This document shows, piece by piece, positions 59,496 to 64,000 of a DNA stretch of 64,000 bases. A model generated the notes under the pieces. That model had not been told where the DNA came from. It worked only from the letters and a program-made list of their open reading frames with translations, and searched no databases. The translations under genes were made by a program, and so were the position numbers. Origin of the DNA: Escherichia coli (GTDB lineage Bacteria; Pseudomonadota; Gammaproteobacteria; Enterobacterales; Enterobacteriaceae). The stretch lies in assembly GCF_003334315.1 (NCBI RefSeq), contig NZ_QOWR01000008.1. One strand, given 5' to 3'. Each line of letters starts with the position of its first letter. Positions within the stretch are counted from its first letter, which is position 1.

Positions 59496-60548
59496 TCATA
59501 TTCTCGCCAAAACACTTTTTAATGCCTTTGCGAATTCATCCAGACTTATATTGTCAATTTTTTGCCCAACGACGACTGACTCCGAAACATCGGCCATTGC
59601 GGGCCATCGCGTTTTGTAATCAGCATAAATTGCAACAACGGGAGTATTATAGGCACTTGCCATATGTAATATTGAGGTGTCAGGAGTTATTGCGATATAA
59701 GCATCTTTTATGATTGCTGCTGAACGTTTAATCGAGGGTGATAAGGATAAACGGTAGACATTATTATAACAATCCACTAATACCCTGGCTTTATCTTCCC
59801 CTTTTGGTCCATGAACGATCACTATTGGTATATCTGTTTCACTTTGAATTTTTGCTATTAGATTTTCTGCAATCGATAATGAAAATGTACGTTCCTGCGA
59901 GCTACCTTCTAAATTAAGCGCAATGTAAGATCCTAACGATCGCATTTCCTCGCGCACCTCATCGAGTACATCCTCACTTAGTGGCAATTCATATATTGGC
60001 CTGACTGCTGGAAAACCCGCCTCACGCATCATAAATGCCCATGTCATGGGTACAGGAGCCCGGATATTCTGATCCATCCGGGACGCGTTCTTGCACAAAG
60101 GGGAGTAGCACTTCATGGTTAAACCAACAACCTGAAAATTCGTTTTTGCTTTCAACTGACTGATAAATATCATCGTTTTCAGGTTCTTTTTACGCATCGC
60201 CTCTATACAAAGATCCGGCGTACCGTATTTCTGTGTTATGTTCTTTGCTAAATCTTTTATTTCTTTTAATGTTGCGTGATCCTGCATAGTCATTGTGACT
60301 AATGTTAATTTAGTCTTTTCAAGTTTAAGTGCATTAAACACTTCTAAATTAATTGTCGACGTAACAATTAAAAGATGCTTAATTTTATGCAATTCAAGCG
60401 CCCGAATAACAGGAAAGATGGCCATAGCATCGCCAATCTGGTCGGGAATATGGATGACAACAAAGTCTGTTTTTTCAATATTGAAATTATAAGCTTTATA
60501 ATCGTAGTAACTAAATGCAATACGTCTCAACAATGATGCTAAAAACAT
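59496..60548 (-). CDS. yeeL: Glycosyltransferase family 9 (heptosyltransferase-like) protein, intact
   Basis: 350-aa uninterrupted ORF; GT-B/GT9-like C-terminal region (…IAITPDTSILHMASAYNTPVVAIY…); convergent with yeeJ. Confidence 0.8.
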   Translation of the reverse strand: MFLASLLRRIAFSYYDYKAYNFNIEKTDFVVIHIPDQIGDAMAIFPVIRALELHKIKHLLIVTSTINLEVFNALKLEKTKLTLVTMTMQDHATLKEIKDLAKNITQKYGTPDLCIEAMRKKNLKTMIFISQLKAKTNFQVVGLTMKCYSPLCKNASRMDQNIRAPVPMTWAFMMREAGFPAVRPIYELPLSEDVLDEVREEMRSLGSYIALNLEGSSQERTFSLSIAENLIAKIQSETDIPIVIVHGPKGEDKARVLVDCYNNVYRLSLSPSIKRSAAIIKDAYIAITPDTSILHMASAYNTPVVAIYADYKTRWPAMADVSESVVVGQKIDNISLDEFAKALKSVLARI

Positions 60549-60862
60549 ACCTAACCTCGCCTCCCTACTGGTTATAATGCAATGCAGTCTATCAGACTCA
60601 TCAGGGTGCCATTTTGTGCATATGCGGACTTTTATGTTTCATATCTCTAACCTGTGGGTCCTCTGCTTAATCCTTAAACAACACCAGCAACTCCTGCGCT
60701 TTCATCTTCCATCGAATTTTTCATGTTGCCGCTAATCAGCCATAAAATCATTTGCAGATGCGCTCTGTCGAGGTAGTCTCATAAGGTTCGTTTATAGATC
60801 GACGGCAATGTGAGTTACCTTTTCCATACTAATTATAAAAAGACAGTACAAACAGGATCATT

Positions 60863-62179
60863 ATGGACTCCACGCTCATCTCCACTCGTCCCGATGAAGG
60901 GACGCTTTCGTTAAGTCGCGCCCGACGAGCTGCGTTAGGCAGCTTCGCTGGTGCCGTCGTCGACTGGTATGATTTTTTACTCTATGGCATCACCGCCGCA
61001 CTGGTGTTTAATCGCGAGTTTTTCCCGCAAGTAAGCCCGGCGATGGGAACGCTCGCCGCATTTGCTACCTTTGGCGTCGGATTCCTTTTCCGTCCGCTCG
61101 GCGGTGTCATTTTCGGTCACTTTGGCGACCGACTGGGACGTAAGCGCATGTTAATGCTGACCGTCTGGATGATGGGCATCGCGACAGCCTTGATTGGTAT
61201 TCTTCCTTCATTCTCGACCATTGGGTGGTGGGCACCTATTTTGCTGGTGACACTGCGTGCCATTCAGGGATTTGCCGTCGGCGGCGAATGGGGAGGCGCG
61301 GCGTTGCTTTCCGTTGAAAGTGCACCGAAAAATAAAAAAGCCTTTTACAGTAGCGGTGTACAAGTTGGCTACGGTGTAGGTTTACTGCTTTCAACCGGAC
61401 TGGTTTCATTGATCAGTATGATGACGACTGACGAACAGTTTTTAAGCTGGGGCTGGCGCATTCCTTTCCTGTTTAGCATCGTACTGGTACTGGGAGCATT
61501 GTGGGTGCGCAATGGCATGGAGGAGTCCGCGGAATTTGAACAACAGCAACATTATCAAGCTGCCGCGAAAAAACGCATCCCGGTTATCGAAGCGCTGTTA
61601 CGACATCCCGGTGCTTTCCTGAAGATTATTGCGCTACGACTGTGCGAATTGCTGACGATGTACATCGTTACTGCCTTTGCACTTAATTATTCAACCCAGA
61701 ATATGGGGTTACCGCGCGAACTTTTCCTCAATATTGGTTTGCTGGTAGGTGGATTAAGCTGCCTGACAATTCCCTGTTTTGCCTGGCTTGCCGATCGTTT
61801 TGGTCGCCGCAGGGTTTATATCACAGGTGCGTTAATCGGAACGTTGAGCGCATTTCCTTTCTTTATGGCGCTTGAAGCACAATCTATTTTCTGGATAGTT
61901 TTCTTCTCCATAATGCTGGCAAACATTGCGCATGACATGGTGGTGTGTGTGCAACAACCGATGTTTACCGAAATGTTTGGTGCCAGTTATCGCTATAGTG
62001 GCGCTGGAGTCGGTTATCAGGTTGCCAGTGTGGTTGGCGGTGGATTTACACCTTTTATTGCCGCTGCACTCATCACTTACTTTGCCGGGAACTGGCATAG
62101 CGTCGCCATTTATTTGCTGGCTGGATGCCTGATTTCCGCAATGACCGCTTTGTTGATGAAAGACAGTCAACGCGCTTGA
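60863..62179 (+). CDS. shiA: Shikimate:H+ symporter (MFS)
   Basis: 438-aa 12-TM ORF with MFS signature (GHFGDRLGRKRML). Confidence 0.93.
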   Translation: MDSTLISTRPDEGTLSLSRARRAALGSFAGAVVDWYDFLLYGITAALVFNREFFPQVSPAMGTLAAFATFGVGFLFRPLGGVIFGHFGDRLGRKRMLMLTVWMMGIATALIGILPSFSTIGWWAPILLVTLRAIQGFAVGGEWGGAALLSVESAPKNKKAFYSSGVQVGYGVGLLLSTGLVSLISMMTTDEQFLSWGWRIPFLFSIVLVLGALWVRNGMEESAEFEQQQHYQAAAKKRIPVIEALLRHPGAFLKIIALRLCELLTMYIVTAFALNYSTQNMGLPRELFLNIGLLVGGLSCLTIPCFAWLADRFGRRRVYITGALIGTLSAFPFFMALEAQSIFWIVFFSIMLANIAHDMVVCVQQPMFTEMFGASYRYSGAGVGYQVASVVGGGFTPFIAAALITYFAGNWHSVAIYLLAGCLISAMTALLMKDSQRA

Positions 62180-62280
62180 TAGCCTGGCGAAGATCATCCG
62201 ATCTTCGCCTTACACTTTTGTTTCACATTTCTGTGACATACTATCGGATGTGCGGTAATTGTATGGAACAGGAGACACAC

Positions 62281-63735
62281 ATGAATAATAAGGGCTCCGG
62301 TCTGACCCCAGCTCAGGCACTGGATAAACTCGACGCGCTGTATGAGCAATCTGTAGTCGCATTACGCAACGCCATTGGCAACTATATTACAAGTGGCGAA
62401 TTACCTGATGAAAACGCCCGCAAACAAGGTCTTTTTGTCTATCCATCACTGACCGTAACCTGGGACGGTAGCACAACCAATCCCCCCAAAACGCGCGCAT
62501 TTGGTCGCTTTACCCACGCAGGCAGCTACACCACCACGATTACTCGCCCTACTCTCTTTCGTTCGTATCTTAATGAACAACTTACGTTGCTGTATCAGGA
62601 TTATGGTGCGCATATCTCAGTGCAACCCTCGCAGCATGAAATCCCTTATCCTTATGTCATCGATGGCTCTGAATTGACACTTGATCGCTCAATGAGCGCT
62701 GGGTTAACTCGCTACTTCCCGACAACAGAACTGGCGCAAATTGGCGATGAAACTGCAGACGGCATTTATCATCCAACTGAATTCTCCCCGCTATCGCATT
62801 TTGATGCGCGCCGCGTCGATTTTTCCCTCGCACGGTTGCGCCATTATACCGGTACGCCAGTTGAACATTTTCAGCCGTTCGTCTTGTTTACCAACTACAC
62901 ACGTTATGTGGATGAATTCGTTCGTTGGGGATGCAGCCAGATCCTCGATCCTGATAGTCCCTACATTGCCCTTTCTTGTGCTGGCGGGAACTGGATCACC
63001 GCCGAAACCGAAGCGCCAGAAGAAGCCATTTCCGACCTTGCATGGAAAAAACATCAGATGCCAGCATGGCATTTAATTACCGCCGATGGTCAGGGTATTA
63101 CTCTGGTGAATATTGGCGTGGGACCGTCAAATGCTAAAACCATCTGCGATCATCTGGCAGTGCTACGCCCGGATGTCTGGTTGATGATTGGTCACTGTGG
63201 CGGATTACGTGAAAGTCAGGCCATTGGCGATTATGTACTTGCACACGCTTATTTACGCGATGACCACGTTCTTGATGCGGTTCTGCCGCCCGATATTCCT
63301 ATTCCGAGCATTGCTGAAGTGCAACGTGCGCTTTATGACGCCACCAAGCTGGTGAGCGGCAGGCCCGGTGAGGAAGTCAAACAGCGGCTACGTACTGGTA
63401 CTGTGGTAACCACAGATGACAGGAACTGGGAATTACGTTACTCAGCTTCTGCACTTCGTTTTAACTTAAGCCGGGCCGTAGCAATTGATATGGAAAGTGC
63501 AACCATTGCCGCGCAAGGATATCGTTTCCGCGTGCCATACGGGACACTACTGTGTGTTTCAGATAAACCGTTGCATGGCGAGATTAAACTTCCCGGCCAG
63601 GCTAACCGTTTTTATGAAGGCGCTATTTCCGAACATCTGCAAATTGGCATTCGGGCGATCGATTTGCTGCGCGCAGAAGGCGACCGACTGCATTCGCGTA
63701 AATTACGAACCTTTAATGAGCCGCCGTTCCGATAA
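62281..63735 (+). CDS. amn: AMP nucleosidase
   Basis: ORF track 536 aa overlapping shiA; trimmed to MNNKGSGLTPAQALDKLDALYEQSV... (484 aa). Confidence 0.92.
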   Translation: MNNKGSGLTPAQALDKLDALYEQSVVALRNAIGNYITSGELPDENARKQGLFVYPSLTVTWDGSTTNPPKTRAFGRFTHAGSYTTTITRPTLFRSYLNEQLTLLYQDYGAHISVQPSQHEIPYPYVIDGSELTLDRSMSAGLTRYFPTTELAQIGDETADGIYHPTEFSPLSHFDARRVDFSLARLRHYTGTPVEHFQPFVLFTNYTRYVDEFVRWGCSQILDPDSPYIALSCAGGNWITAETEAPEEAISDLAWKKHQMPAWHLITADGQGITLVNIGVGPSNAKTICDHLAVLRPDVWLMIGHCGGLRESQAIGDYVLAHAYLRDDHVLDAVLPPDIPIPSIAEVQRALYDATKLVSGRPGEEVKQRLRTGTVVTTDDRNWELRYSASALRFNLSRAVAIDMESATIAAQGYRFRVPYGTLLCVSDKPLHGEIKLPGQANRFYEGAISEHLQIGIRAIDLLRAEGDRLHSRKLRTFNEPPFR

Positions 63736-64000
63736 TAAGTTCTGAACCTTCTTATCAGAAATAGATGTGAAGGAGTAAGTAAGACACCTGGCAAATAGCC
63801 TGCAATAATCGTGGGCTGTTTGCTTCCTTGGGCGGATACGAGTTTTATTATCGTCTTAATGATTTCCACATATTAAAAGCAAGTATGCTTTCAAAACACA
63901 ATTATAAAAAATCCCGCCAACAATATAAGTTTTTATAAAATTAAATATAAGATTATGGCTTTAGAATATTTTTATTTCTAATAGACGAGATTTTTCCTGT

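Noticed and set aside
62125-62280. Upstream in-frame extension of amn overlapping the shiA 3' end (536-aa ORF)
   Set aside because: Extension residues are non-conserved-looking and overlap shiA; the MNNKGSGLTPAQALDKLD start gives the 484-aa length I recall for AMP nucleosidase. Similar N-terminal extensions were trimmed for dcyD, tcyJ, fliZ, fliC, fliE, fliH, fliM, fliR, yodD, vsr, yedJ, hprR, yodB, mtfA and yeeJ.

Overview
This window is a conserved Escherichia coli chromosomal backbone segment (K-12 gene order, roughly the 43-44 min region), running from the 3' end of tyrP through yecA, a glyW-cysT-leuZ tRNA cluster, pgsA, uvrYC, sdiA, the cystine transport/desulfidase genes (tcyN, tcyL, dcyD, tcyJ), flagellar region III (fliAZ, fliC, fliDST, fliE, fliFGHIJK, fliLMNOPQR), amyA, yedDEFK, rcsA, dsrB/yodD/dsrA, yedP, dgcQ, yedI, yedA, vsr-dcm, yedJ, yedR, a porin gene (yedS), hchA, hprSR, hiuH-msrPQ, zinT, yodB, serU, mtfA, asnT, the giant inverse-autotransporter adhesin gene yeeJ, yeeL, shiA and amn. 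Gene identities come from my recognition of the translated ORFs; I could not run any database search. I see no transposase, integrase, phage genes, CRISPR array or other sign of a horizontally acquired island, and I do not find a convincing previously undescribed system. The most interesting points are strain-level differences from K-12: an intact GT9-like glycosyltransferase (yeeL) convergent with yeeJ, an intact yedS porin behind a very AT-rich leader, a shorter flagellin with a divergent central domain, and a compact yedK-fliE junction lacking the K-12 yedL/yedN/intG insert. Several ORF-track starts are upstream in-frame extensions; I trimmed them to the starts that give the protein lengths I recall for the E. 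coli proteins.
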